In this document: one piece after another, positions 16,180 through 28,155 of the stretch | How the letters are laid out: the number at the start of each line of letters is the position of its first letter | Numbering within the stretch: position 1 is the first letter of the stretch | Virus record (IMG/VR): IMGVR_UViG_2974731583_000001 | Coordinates: 1-64,000 of that record | Length of the DNA stretch: 64,000 bases | From: a virus | Lineage: Duplodnaviria > Caudoviricetes | Direction: 5' to 3' (one strand) | The notes under the pieces: generated by a model | The model's input: the letters and a program-made list of their open reading frames with translations, nothing else | Database searches by the model: none | Told to the model about the DNA's origin: nothing | Position numbers and translations under genes: made by a program

Positions 16180-19100
16180 ATGGAATTATACGATAAAAAA
16201 ATAAGCGAGTTTGTAGATTGGGTGACAGGAGAAGACACTTCTGATAAAGCCGTTGATAAACAACTTGGTGCCTTTTCTACAAACGGAATTCCTTCATCAG
16301 GAAAAGCTATAAGGGAATTATTACAAAGGAAATTAAAAACGCCGTTTGTTGTATACGAAGATAAATCTGCTGGATTGTACAGACTGTTTAGTAGTGAAGA
16401 ATCAAAGTCAAAGTGGCTTGTATTGATGGATTAGTCTAATAAAGAATACAATCCAGATAAAGCTTCAAAATACGAACTGTTCAACTTCGAGCGTCCTAGT
16501 GACACTGCACTTGTTATTGGTAATATTACAAGTGACGCACGTTATATAATTAACGGAGATGCTAATTCAGATGATACAAAACTACAGTTCAGTGTAACTC
16601 TTAAGCGTGAAAAAGCAGGTGGTGTAGAAATAGACGTTGACGGATTTACTGTAACATATACTATCAAAGATGCATCTGGTGTAGAAACCGTAATATCAGA
16701 AGAGTTTAATGCATCTGATTGTTCTACTGAAGGTAACGAAAATATTATCACAAGAGACATGTATCGTTATTTGAAAGAAGGTACAAACCAGATTACTCTT
16801 GCAGTGAAGGCTCGTAATACAGCAGCCAGTAACAAGATGAACATACCGTTCTATTTAGTAAACTTTGAACTTTCTAGTGCATTTGCTTTTGCAGAAGGTA
16901 AAGATCCAAACAAAGCAATCTCTGTTCCATTTAGAGTAAAGCGAAGTGTTGCTAAAGGTTTGACACTTACTGTAGAGGCTACAATAGATGGTAATCCGGC
17001 ATACAAAGTAGATGGAGTATCAAAGGCAGAACACGTAACAAGCTCTACAGAATTAGATTTTACTGGTACGCTAGATATAGCAAACACATATGCAGCAAAC
17101 GTAACAAGTCAAACTCATATAAAACACTTGTTGAAGTTGCAAGCCACTATGGTTGGTAACAATTAGAAAACGTTTGTGAGCAATGCAATATTCTTTGAGT
17201 TTGAGGTAGCATCAAGTACGATCGGTATTGTAAACAAATTTGTAAACATTAAATATTCTGTAGCGCCAAATAAGATAGAATTGTAGAACTCAGGGTTAGT
17301 ATTAAGAGGTACACAATACGAACCATTCTCACTTGACTGGGGATATTATACAGACCAGACTACAGAACGTTCTATACCAGTAACATGGGCAATCAGAAAG
17401 CCGCTCGCCAATGGAGGATATACATACGATACGTTGTCTATAGTAATTGGTAATAAAGGCTCTTAGAGTGAAACATTACGATTCATACCATCTTACCCGA
17501 TTACTGCAGAAGATAAAAGCTGTCTTGTTGCTAGATATAATGGAGTAGATATTGATTCTTACAATATTATTATAGACCCAAGTACATTGAATGTAGTTGA
17601 AACAAGTGACTACAACTTAAAGCTTAGTGCTTACGGTAAATCTAATAACTCCAGCGACAAAGCCAACTGGGTAGATATTGCAAACAACAAACGCGCCACG
17701 TTTAGCGAAGGAGTTGTGTTTGATAGCAATAATGGTTGGAAAGATAATAGTCTTGTGTTGTGTGGAGAAGATGCATATGCTACTATAAACTATTGTCCGT
17801 TCCCAACAGGATACAATCTTGCAGGAAAAGGAAAGACTTTGGAAATAGAGTTTAAGTCAGAAAAAGTATATGACAACTCAGACATCATTATTAGAATTGG
17901 CGGAGCAAACGGTGCTCACATCGATATTACGCCAAACTCTGCTGCATTGTATGTTGGAACAGAGCGTGTAGTATATACCAATTATAAAGCAAATGAGAAA
18001 ATAAAACTTGCGTTTATATTTAATGTGAGTGGTCTTAATTTGCCAGAAGACGGAATGGTATATATCGTGAACAACGGTATTTTAGAACGTGCCGCATTAA
18101 TTAAAAATGCAAACAGTTGTATTGACAACAACGGAAATATAAAACTCGGAGGATCTAAGAGTGGTGTTCGTGTATACAGCATGCGAGCTTACGACAAAGC
18201 AATCAGTTATAATCAAGAGTTAAATAACTTTATTTACGATAGCGAAAATAAAGCGATCTTGTTAAGTAACAATGATATTTTAGTAGACGGCAAGATTTCA
18301 TATGAACGTTGTAAAAACAAGATTGATACTATTCTTATAGAAGGAGATTTGTCTAAGATTCTAGACAAAGGTACTGATAAACTTGGGTCAGAAAGTACTG
18401 CAGACTTTGAGCGTATTTGTATTAGCGATGCTACAAAATCCTTTAAAGTTAAAAACGGAAAGATTAGAAAGCACGGACAATCTACACTTAACTATCCTAT
18501 TACGTCATACAAAATATGGACAAATAAATCAAATAGTGCAGATATTAGTCCAGTATTGACTTTATCAGACAACCAAAAGGCTTTGGGGTTAAACAAGAAC
18601 CGTTATATAATGAAGACTGGAGCGATCCCAGCAAACAAGTTTGTACTACAAGCCAACTACGCGGATTCATCTGGTGTACACAATGGTGGTATAGAACGTC
18701 TTATTCAAGATTGTTGGTATAATGCAGAAATAGACGGACAGTTTAGATTAAGAACAGCGCCACAGTTGTTTACAAGTAATAAAACAATTGCTCATAACGA
18801 CGAAAACATAAATGAAACCGGCTGGGTAGAAGGACAAGGCAAAGACTTTAATGGTAATATAGGAACGTGGAGTACATTCTCAAAAGGCAAAGACTTTCCA
18901 TATACAATACGTACAGCACCGGATTCATTCCCTTGCGCAGTATTCTATAAAAATACAGCAAACCCAGCAGAAGCAGATACATATACATATCTTGGTCAGT
19001 TTGTATTTATGGACGATAAAAAGTCTGATTTCCTCTACGGTGAACGAAGCATATATGCTTTCGGAAACTATGACGATCCATTTGTAATGAAAACAGAGAA

Positions 19101-22100
19101 CACAAAAAATGGACCAAACGGAAAACAAGATACTAAAGAAAATCGCGTGTGGGATAATTCTAATGTTCTAAGAATAGAGGTTGTATTGCTTAATAATGAA
19201 CTTACTTCGTTCATGGACTATAATGTTCCAGCAACAGGAGTTGTTGAAGAAGACGGTTCTGTGTCTCAAGCAGATGGCAATAAGGTACCTTGTGATACTA
19301 TAAAATACGATGAAAAAGGTAATCCTGATAAGTTCTATTGGGAAGATTATTTTGAACTTATTTATCCAGATCCAGATGACGTTGAAGAAGATCCTGGTAT
19401 GACTAAGTTTAGCGAAGGTTCTAAGTTTAGAAAGAAAACACAGCCGTTTTTGGACTTCTTAAAATGGATTACTGATATTGCTAAATTAAACTCTGTTGGT
19501 AATAAAATAGGGGATGGATATGTTACGCAAGCCGCGTTAGATGAGTTTAAGAGAACCGCACACGAACACCTTGATTTATATAAGGTAGCTGCATATTATA
19601 TATTCTGTATGCGTCTTGGTATGGTCGACTCTATTGAGCGTAACAACCAGTTTAAAACATATGACGGACAACACTGGCATTGTGAACCTTGGGACATAGA
19701 TATCGCTATTGGTAATAAGAACACCGGAGGTAATGCATTCGATCCCCCAATGACACGTGATACCCGTTTACCAGGAGACAGTACTACATGGGCATTCTCT
19801 GGTAGAAGTGCTACGACATCTAACGTACTATGGGACTGCTTAGAAGCGTGGGATTATTGGTCTAACACACTTGTTCCGAAGGTAGCTCAAGCTTTATACG
19901 AAGCAGGATTCTCATATGACAACATTACAAAGATGTTTGACCAACAGTATGCAGAGAAGTGGTCAGAGTTAATGTATAATGAATCTGGTTACTTTAAATA
20001 TGTTAAGTCTGGAGGTAAAGACTGGCTTGAGTGGTTACAGGGTGCTCGTACATCACATCGCCACTGGTGGGTATCTTCATCTATGAACTATTATGATGCA
20101 AAGTGGTCATGTGGTAGTTTTAATGCACACCGCGTATACTTAGGTGTTGATAAAATTAAACATCCTGCTGGAACAGATCTTGTCACCATTAAACCTTCTG
20201 CAGATACCTTCTTCAAGTTTACAAGAGGAGACGGTACCGTATCACTTGGTATAAAAGAAGCGTCTAGAGAAAAACCAGCAGTATTTGATGTATCACAAGA
20301 AACGTTCTCTGTAAAAGACCCAACACACATATATGGAGCAACATTTATTGAAGAGCTTGACGTAAGTTGCTTTGCGGATAAAATATCAGCATTAGATGTT
20401 ACAGCAGCATATGATGAAACGTTGGGAGCACCAATCAAAGTATTAGATGTTGGTACTAAGTTTATTGAAGAATCTGAAACAGTACGTAAAGGTACAGTAT
20501 CTGGCACACAATTACGTCTTACTGATGTAAACGCCAATACTGGAAATGCAGCGTTAGAGAACCTTAAAGAACTTAATGTTCGTGGACAGTATGCAATGCT
20601 TACGGCAGATGCTATACTTAGTGCTTCAGATAGAAAGAACGTATCTATATTGAAAGCAATGGGTACTGGTATTACAGCGTTTGAAAGTGCAGCATCAGGT
20701 AATAAATTCGACTTACTTGAGCTTCCTGGTATTACTACCACCAATAAGACAAATAAAGCAATGAATAGCTTTAAGGCTACTAATACAAGCTGGACTAATC
20801 TACAATTTTGGGATGCAAATATAAACTTTGGACAGTCCGAAGATGCTACCAATAGTGCAACGTTTACATTATCTACTGTGCCAAGTACAATATCTACAGT
20901 AGAGTTCTATGGAAGTACTGCACAGAATGATTGTTCTAAGCAGTTTGTCTTGGATTGGATAAGCTCAATAGAAGCGACATTACCTGCAGAGCATACAGAA
21001 CAAGATCTATATAACGCTTTATCAAGTAAACAATTTATAGCTGAGAATATAAATTGGTCTGGCCAAATATTCTATAACGATCTTGCCAGAATTGCACATA
21101 TGAACTATGGAAACAACCAGGCAGGAGATAACAATAGAAGCTATTTGCGTGGTTACGTATTGTTAGCAGATCCAACGCCATTATCAGCCGCACAGCTTGC
21201 AAACCTAAGAAACTGGTTTGGAGATTCTGTATTTGATAAATCTGCAATAACCAGCGGACTTGTAGTTGACCAAAATACTAACTACGTACAGATAATGGTA
21301 GGTGGTGTAGAAGTTGCAGACAACGGTGACCTTATATTAAATGAACCAAACGCTGTTCCAAATGCAACGGGTGTTGCTACATTGGTAGCTACCAAGTTTA
21401 TCCTTGGAGACGATACTACAGAGTACGAGTGGAGTTTAGAGTCTAATGCCCCATATAATAATAACTTTGTAGAATTAAAGACCGATTCTGAAGATGGCGT
21501 TGTACGTCTTATTGCAAAACAAGGTACTTTTGGAGATTATTTTGTCAATGTTAAAGCGCAGTACACAACACCAGCTGGAAAGCTTATGTCCAATACAGTT
21601 CGAATTAATATTCATGGTGTAACATACCCAGAGTCATTCTCTATGAACATGGCAGGAAATGCTACTTATATTAGACAGTTTGTTGCATCAGAAGATGTAC
21701 TTGCTTCTGTATTCGGTGCAGATAATATTAAATATAACAACGAACTTATTCCTGCGTATGTGATTACTACTAAAACACCAGCAGAATTCTATATTGAGCC
21801 AAGCAGTACCGATTATACGGCAACTATAAACAAAATAGAGTATAGCTATTACAACTATAGCGACAAGACTGTTTCTAGTGGATTTTTAACTAGAGAAGAA
21901 CTTGGCGCAGGAGATAGTCAAATCAATACGATAGGTCCTTCTGGTGATGATCCGTTGGCATATACAAAAGACGCTTCCCACGGAGGAATGAATCTACAGG
22001 CTATTACTATTACACCAAATCCTACTACATATAGATTTATCGCTAGAACTTCTATTGGAGGTAAAGATTTAATATTCAATTATGTAAACCTTATTGTATG

Positions 22101-22716
22101 GGATGATGCAACACCCATCTTGTCAAAGAATGCCGCTAATCAGTTATTTAATGCTATAAGTAATAAGTACGCCACAGACTTTAATTTGGAATCAGCTTAC
22201 TTTGATTTCTACAAAACGCACCTGATCTCATTGGCTGGCGAATTAAGTTTTGTTGGATATGAAGACATGAGTAGCCTTGGTACGAACAAAGGAGATAGTA
22301 TATTTAAGTATACACCAAACTTAACTTCTGTTATACTTGATGGATGTATAATGAACTTTATGCACGACGATGGTGTAAGTGTTGGAGAAGCTCTTGACTT
22401 TTCGGTAATGACTAAACTGAACACACTTTCTATGAATGGTTGTATAAATACAGTGGGAACATTATCTATTACAAACACAAACATTTCTAATATAGACTTA
22501 AGAGGTACTAATATAGGAATAGATTTACCAGAACGTAGTAAAATAGCTAATCTACAACTCGGAAGTCCTGTTGCTATAAAATTAAATAATCCACTTAAAC
22601 TTGATACAGTTACAATAGAAAGTTCTGAAAACATTGATGAGTTAAGTCTTACACAAGTAGACATTACAAGCAATCATGGATTTAACTTATTTGATACATT
22701 AATAACAACGGTATGA
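16180..22716 (+). CDS. Giant (2178 aa) virion/fibre protein with LamG-like, CotH-kinase-like and LRR-like regions
   Basis: ORF-track pieces 16150, 16759 and 17587 share one frame, joined by TAGs at 16432, 17164, 17284 and 17464. CotH-like segments include LQANYADSS and MVDSIERNN...WDIDIAIG. Confidence 0.75.
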
Positions 22717-24278
22717 AAAAACTAAAAATAGTACAAAACAACGTACAAGAAAAGACAAAAGATTCTGTAGTAGAAAAACTTTACGCTTTGACAAAGAGTG
22801 ACGATACGACTCCGGCTATTGCAGAATCTGCCGAGTTGGAGGGTAATGTTAGAGTTAATGCTGCGTATGAAGATTCTGTTACTTATCTGAGAAATAAATT
22901 TCCAAATCTTACCATCGATGTTACAGATAATAACTATTATATTCGTTTTGCTGATAAAGAGGTAGAACGAGTGTTATTAGAAAACGGTGTAGGAAATGGA
23001 GTAGGTATTACAAAAACAGACGCTAGAAGGACAAATGTAAACCAATGGTTTCGCGAAAACAAGACAATAACTTCATTTGACGAGTTTGAATGGTTTGATA
23101 ATGAAACTATAAGCAATGACGCGTTTCGTGGCTGTGAACATCTAAGAAGTATATATCTTACAAACACCAAAATAATAGGACATAGAGCGTTTTGGTGGTG
23201 TCCTAATTTGTCTGGCACACTATCTTTACCAAACCTTACATCTAACTTAGGTGAGGCTGCGTTTCGTGAAACCGGTATATAGAAAATAGAAAACCTAAAC
23301 GGAACAAACTTAACAAACTGGGGAACATTTTTCAAATGTCATAACCTTACGGAGGCTAACCTTGGAGATACAATATCTATAATAGGATCCAATACATTTT
23401 TTGAATGCAGTAGCTTAGTTACTGTAAACCTTCCAGAAACAATCATAAAAATTGGAGATTACGCATTTAAATCGACTAAAATAAATAATGATATAAATTT
23501 ACCAAATTTAGTTAGTTTAGGAGCTGGTGCATTTGAAAACACCCTCGTTAAAAACGTTGTAAATATTGGCACAATAACAGAGTACAACAATTGTTTTGGA
23601 AATACTCCAATTACAAAGCTAACTCTCCCAGAAACAGTTACTAGAATAGAAAGAATAGATAATTCGCAGTTAACGCAACTTAATTTCGTACCAGAGAACA
23701 TTACATATTTGGGCCACGTTGCAATAAAAGCCCCTGCAGCAAAATTAGACGTATTAAATTTTTGCAACGTTACTACAGCTGTACAAAAACTGTTTAATAT
23801 TACAGTAAACCAATGTTATATGCCGAAAATAACAAAAGGCGTAGAAAGCGGTTATTATAGTAACAATGCATATCACACTCCGTTTTTTTCGCTAGACAGA
23901 ATTAAAAATTCATTTACGTGTGGATTATTATATTTAAAAGACATGTAGATATTATATCCTGCTACATTTACAAACAGTAAAATTACAAACTTAGTAATAA
24001 ATAACGAAACTCCACCAGAGTGGAGGAATACGAATAATATATCAGATGATCAGGCGAACGATGGACAAAAGAAAAGTCTGGTATTTATTTGGAGTGATGT
24101 ATCAAACATATATGTTCCGGACGCTGCGGTAATTACATATCAACAAGATGAAAATTGGTAGTCTGTTGCAGATAAGATCAAACCGTTGAGCGAATTACCA
24201 AGCGTAAATACCAAAACAGAGTATGATCAACTGAGTGATGTTAATAAGCTGAATACAATTATTAAAGAATACATGTAA
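22713..24278 (+). CDS. BspA-type leucine-rich repeat protein (521 aa, 3 TAG)
   Basis: Repeats such as AFRGCEHLRSIYL, TFFECSSLVTVNLPETIIKIGDYAF and IYVPDAAVITY. TAGs at 23280, 23946 and 24159; TAA at 24276. Confidence 0.85.
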
Positions 24279-24390
24279 TGAAAACGTTAAAAATTACACA
24301 ATCCGCGACGGTTAGAAGATAAAATTTACGCCGGTTCAGATGGAATTTTTAACATTTTTAAATAAAACGTATAAAAAATACGGCATCTTG

Positions 24391-24418
24391 TGCAACCAAG
24401 GTGTCGTATTTTTCGTTA
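24391..24418 (+). promoter_or_regulatory. Promoter candidate TGCAACCAA-N14-CGTTA, embedded in a long hairpin
   Basis: Third copy of the 10.7-kb motif, upstream of the 24495 gene run. Confidence 0.65.
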
Positions 24419-24494
24419 TTTTGGTGAGGCGCGTTTAATGCGCCAATGGCTAAATTAGCCAAAAATACGTTAAACTAAAACTAAATTAATCATT

Positions 24495-25394
24495 ATGGAA
24501 AGTTCAAAAATTATGATGTTCCCTGAAATGGGAAATGCGAATTCTATCGATCCAAACCTCTTATTGGCTATGAACAATAACGGTGGATTTGGTAACGGTG
24601 GATGGATATGGATATTGTTCTTATGGCTTATTTGGGGCTATAACGGTAATGGTTGGGGTAACAACAACGGTACCGAATATCTGTCTAATCAGATAAACAA
24701 TAACTCTGGTAGAGAGCTTCTTATGAATGCAATCCAAGGAAACAAAGATGCTATAGGAAGTCTTTCTAATATGCTTAACGCAAGTATATCTTCTGTACAA
24801 AATAGTGTCAATGCAATCAATACAGCGATAAACCAGGTAGGTTCTCAGATTGGTATGAGTGGATTGCAAATTCAAAACGCCATTCAAAGTGGCAATGCAT
24901 CTCTGTCTAGTCAGATTTGTCAGTGCTGTTGCGAAAATCGTTTAGCGATTGCCAATCAGACGAATACGCTTCAATCACAAATGGCGGCTATTCAGTCAGC
25001 AAACCAGCTGTCAACCTGTCAGCAAACAAATGCTCTATCAACTCAGTCGGAGCGAAACACTCGTGATATCACGGAAGCAATTGCAGCGCAAAGCGTTATG
25101 ATAAATCAGCATTTCTGCGATCTTGAAAAACGTGAAATGCAGAATAAGATTGATTCTCTTGCTGCAGATAATGCTCTGCTTCGTTCTAACCAGAACAACA
25201 TTGAGCAGACTGTATATCTTAACGAGAAATTCACAGACATATAGAATCAGTTAACATCAATTAAAGCTTCTCAGCCAAATACAATTCCTGTACAGTGGCC
25301 AAACATTCAGGCAGTAAATACTACTCCATCTTTGTATGGTTACAACGCTGTATACGGATATAATAATGTAGCTGGAAACAGCTTTTGGAATTAA
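24495..25394 (+). CDS. Gut-phage coiled-coil protein with N-terminal TM and CCC motif (299 aa, 1 TAG)
   Basis: WIWILFLWLIWG, QCCCENR and N/Q-rich heptads; reads through the TAG at 25242. Confidence 0.8.
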
Positions 25395-25411
25395 TAAGAA
25401 AGGAGGTACTT

Positions 25412-25753
25412 ATGTATGGAAGTACTATTTACCCTTTCAATTTCTGTAATAGAAATGGAATTCCTATGATAGAAACTTCTCAAGTAACCGTAACTGCACA
25501 AGATGTAGTATATACTATACCTAATAAAGCGTTTAGATCTTTAAACGATAAGGGTTTAGTACTGCTTAGAATAAAGCAGGCCGTACCTTCTGGTACAACT
25601 GCTACACTTCCAGTAGCGTTATCTTCTAACTCGGTGTTACAACCAGTTACTAGAATAGGCGGTGCAGATGCAACAGTAGAACAGGTTTCTCCAGTAGGTA
25701 TATATTTAGCCTACTACGATAAATCTGGTAGTACAATGCAGGTTATTGAGTAA
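25412..25753 (+). CDS. Hypothetical beta-rich protein
   Basis: ATG at 25412 follows AGGAGG. Confidence 0.75.
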   Translation: MYGSTIYPFNFCNRNGIPMIETSQVTVTAQDVVYTIPNKAFRSLNDKGLVLLRIKQAVPSGTTATLPVALSSNSVLQPVTRIGGADATVEQVSPVGIYLAYYDKSGSTMQVIE

Positions 25754-25769
25754 TATAAGTATTATAATT

Positions 25770-26120
25770 ATGATGGTGATTTATATGAAAAACATTGCTT
25801 ATGAAAAAGCCTTTGATCTCATAGACGAGCTCAAAGAAATGTGTCACGAAAAGAAACGCGTTATCTACGACTTAGAGAAAACTATACGCCAATGCCTGGA
25901 ATACGGTAAAGAAGACGAGTATAGTGATCTTGAAGATTATGATAACGATTTAGACGACGATTTATATGATGACGATGATAATGTAAACTCTTCTGAACGA
26001 ATAAATGAAGGCGGAAGACGACATTCTCAGAAACGAGATATGAGATACTATGAGGAGAATGAAGAACCTCGTAGACGATCTAATATGCCTCGTAAACGTA
26101 GAGTAGGTAGATTTGTTTAA
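25770..26120 (+). CDS. Hypothetical acidic/Arg-rich protein
   Basis: ORF with a D/E tract and Arg-rich C-terminus. Confidence 0.7.
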   Translation: MMVIYMKNIAYEKAFDLIDELKEMCHEKKRVIYDLEKTIRQCLEYGKEDEYSDLEDYDNDLDDDLYDDDDNVNSSERINEGGRRHSQKRDMRYYEENEEPRRRSNMPRKRRVGRFV

Positions 26121-26182
26121 CTAAGGTGTTTGGAGCGTGAGGGAATTACCCTCACGTTTCTACACTGATAAAACATTAAATT

Positions 26183-26704
26183 ATGTTTTCAGGGCTAAGA
26201 CAGGGCGCAGTCATATATGTGCTTGATAAAAGCGAAAAGATAAAAGTAAATTAGGGGTTTGTAGAGAGTGTCTCTGCACCGCATCAAATGTATAAAACAT
26301 TTAACCCCGCTGTAAGTTTTGGTACAAACATGCAGACTGTTGTAGATATCTCTGTAAAAATTGGAGATGAAAAACAAGAGTTCGTGGGTGTACCAAGCAA
26401 CAGCACAGTACATTCTTATGGAGATTATGTCATAACAGAGTCTAAAGAAGGAATGATACAAGAAGTAGATGCTATATTGTAGAATAGTACAAATATAGTA
26501 AATAGTATAGATAAACACAAAGAAATAATAAACTCTTGCGAACGTATACTAAAAGATTTAAATCCTGTGTACGCTCGAGAACAAGAAAGAGATGAAGTTA
26601 TAGGCAGTCTTACTAAGAAAGTAAATAGTATAGAAGGCGTGCTTACTAGACTTGAATCCATGCTAACAAAACAAGGTATAAATGACAACAACAAGGAGCT
26701 TTAA
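26183..26704 (+). CDS. Hypothetical protein (173 aa, 2 TAG)
   Basis: TAGs at 26252 and 26480 are in frame; TAA at 26702. Confidence 0.75.
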
Positions 26705-27062
26705 AAAATACTATAGCTTGTATGGTCCACATTTTACCAAAAGTCTTTGTGATTATGCGGTAAATATGATGGAGAATGAAAGCGGAAAAATAACCCCGTT
26801 TACTAAACAAGAAATAGAATAGATGCTCAAGAATACAAATATAAAACTTGAGTATAATAAGTTATGTGATTACATTTATGTGGCGAATATGTGTAAAGCT
26901 GATTTCTTAGGTACAGCAGTACCAAACGATGAGCAACACTTATGTATGTATATTAAGAATGTAATAGACGATCCAGATGGATATGACGGACAAGTTTTTT
27001 ATCGCTGGTTGTCTGATATGGAACATACTGATACGCCAATAGATTGGTCAGAATTTATTTAA
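26682..27062 (+). CDS. Hypothetical protein (126 aa, 1 TAG)
   Basis: YGPHFTKSLCDYAV...YVANMCKADF, with a TAG at 26820. Confidence 0.75.
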
Positions 27063-27066
27063 TATT

Positions 27067-27576
27067 ATGTTTGACATACAAGGAGATAAAATAAAGTTGA
27101 GTACAGAAGACTTGGCTATACCTCCTTTCAAAGATCATATAAATGCTGCAAAGGATACTTCTACAGCATTAAAAGAAATAGAATACGTGATTTGGCTACA
27201 TAAGTGGAATACCCCGTATGAAGCTTACCCCATCGAAGAACGGCCACGAGTTGTAGCCAAGGACGTATTTAATGACGAACATTATATCCCCTCGGAAGCC
27301 GTTAAAAACTTAGAAAAGCGGTTTGTAGAGTTTTAGGAAACTCCTGGCACAAGATTGTTGTCTGCATCACAAACTGCAGCAGAGGGTCTTATAGCAGCAT
27401 TAAATGATTATTCTGCGGGTAACATGGATATAGATACTGCTATAAAGGTTACTAGGATATTGAAAGACGTAGGAAATATAGTAAAGTCTCTTGATATAGC
27501 CATGAAACAAGCTAAAGCAGAACAGCTTGAATCTGGACGTATTAAAGGTGGAGGAATTATTGGTTTATATGAATAA
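27067..27576 (+). CDS. Helical protein upstream of the terminase, possibly the small subunit (169 aa, 1 TAG)
   Basis: ORFs 27067 and 27355 share a frame across the TAG at 27334. The functional call rests on position only. Confidence 0.6.
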
Positions 27577-28154
27577 TGGCTACAGTAGATAATTTTATAC
27601 CAATTTTGTTTAGGTGGGAAGCTAGTACTACCGTAAAAAAAGGAGAGCCGTTAGAAAATGCTTATCTGCGAGCAAAGAAGATAGGCTTTTCAAACGATCC
27701 ACATGATTCTGGAGGAGCTACAATGGTTGGAGTGACTATTGGCACCTACAGAACTTATTGTAAATATAAAGGCAGACGAACTCCGTCTGTTACAGATTTA
27801 AAAAACCTACCATATAAAGAATGGCGAGATATTGTTCATACTATGTATTGGTCTAAATGGAAAGCAGATTTAATACAAGATTAGCATGTAGCTAACATGT
27901 TGGTTGATTGGGTATGGACATCTGGTCAAGGAATAGGTATTAAAAGAGTACAAAAACTACTCGGTCTTACTGCAGATGGTATTGTTGGACCAAAAACAAT
28001 ACAAGCAGTAAATAAACAAGAACCTAAACAGTTATTAGATAAAGTATATTAGGCTAGAAAAACACACTTTGAATCTATAGTGAAGGCTAAGCCAACACAA
28101 AAGAAATGGCTCAATGGGTGGATGAATAGAATAAACTATATATATAATATGTAA
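27576..28154 (+). CDS. Endolysin, glycoside hydrolase family 108 with peptidoglycan-binding domain (192 aa, 2 TAG)
   Basis: DPHDSGGATMVGVT, ADGIVGPKT and KWLNGWMNRI; TAGs at 27882 and 28050. Confidence 0.88.
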
Positions 28155-28155
28155 T

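Noticed and set aside
20091-20852. 253-aa antisense ORF and similar minus-strand ORFs in the late region
   Set aside because: These are shadow frames opposite long plus-strand genes with motif support.
13412-24278. Diversity-generating retroelement or invertible cassette in the adhesin region
   Set aside because: I saw no reverse transcriptase, recombinase, template/variable repeat pair or flanking inverted repeats in this window.
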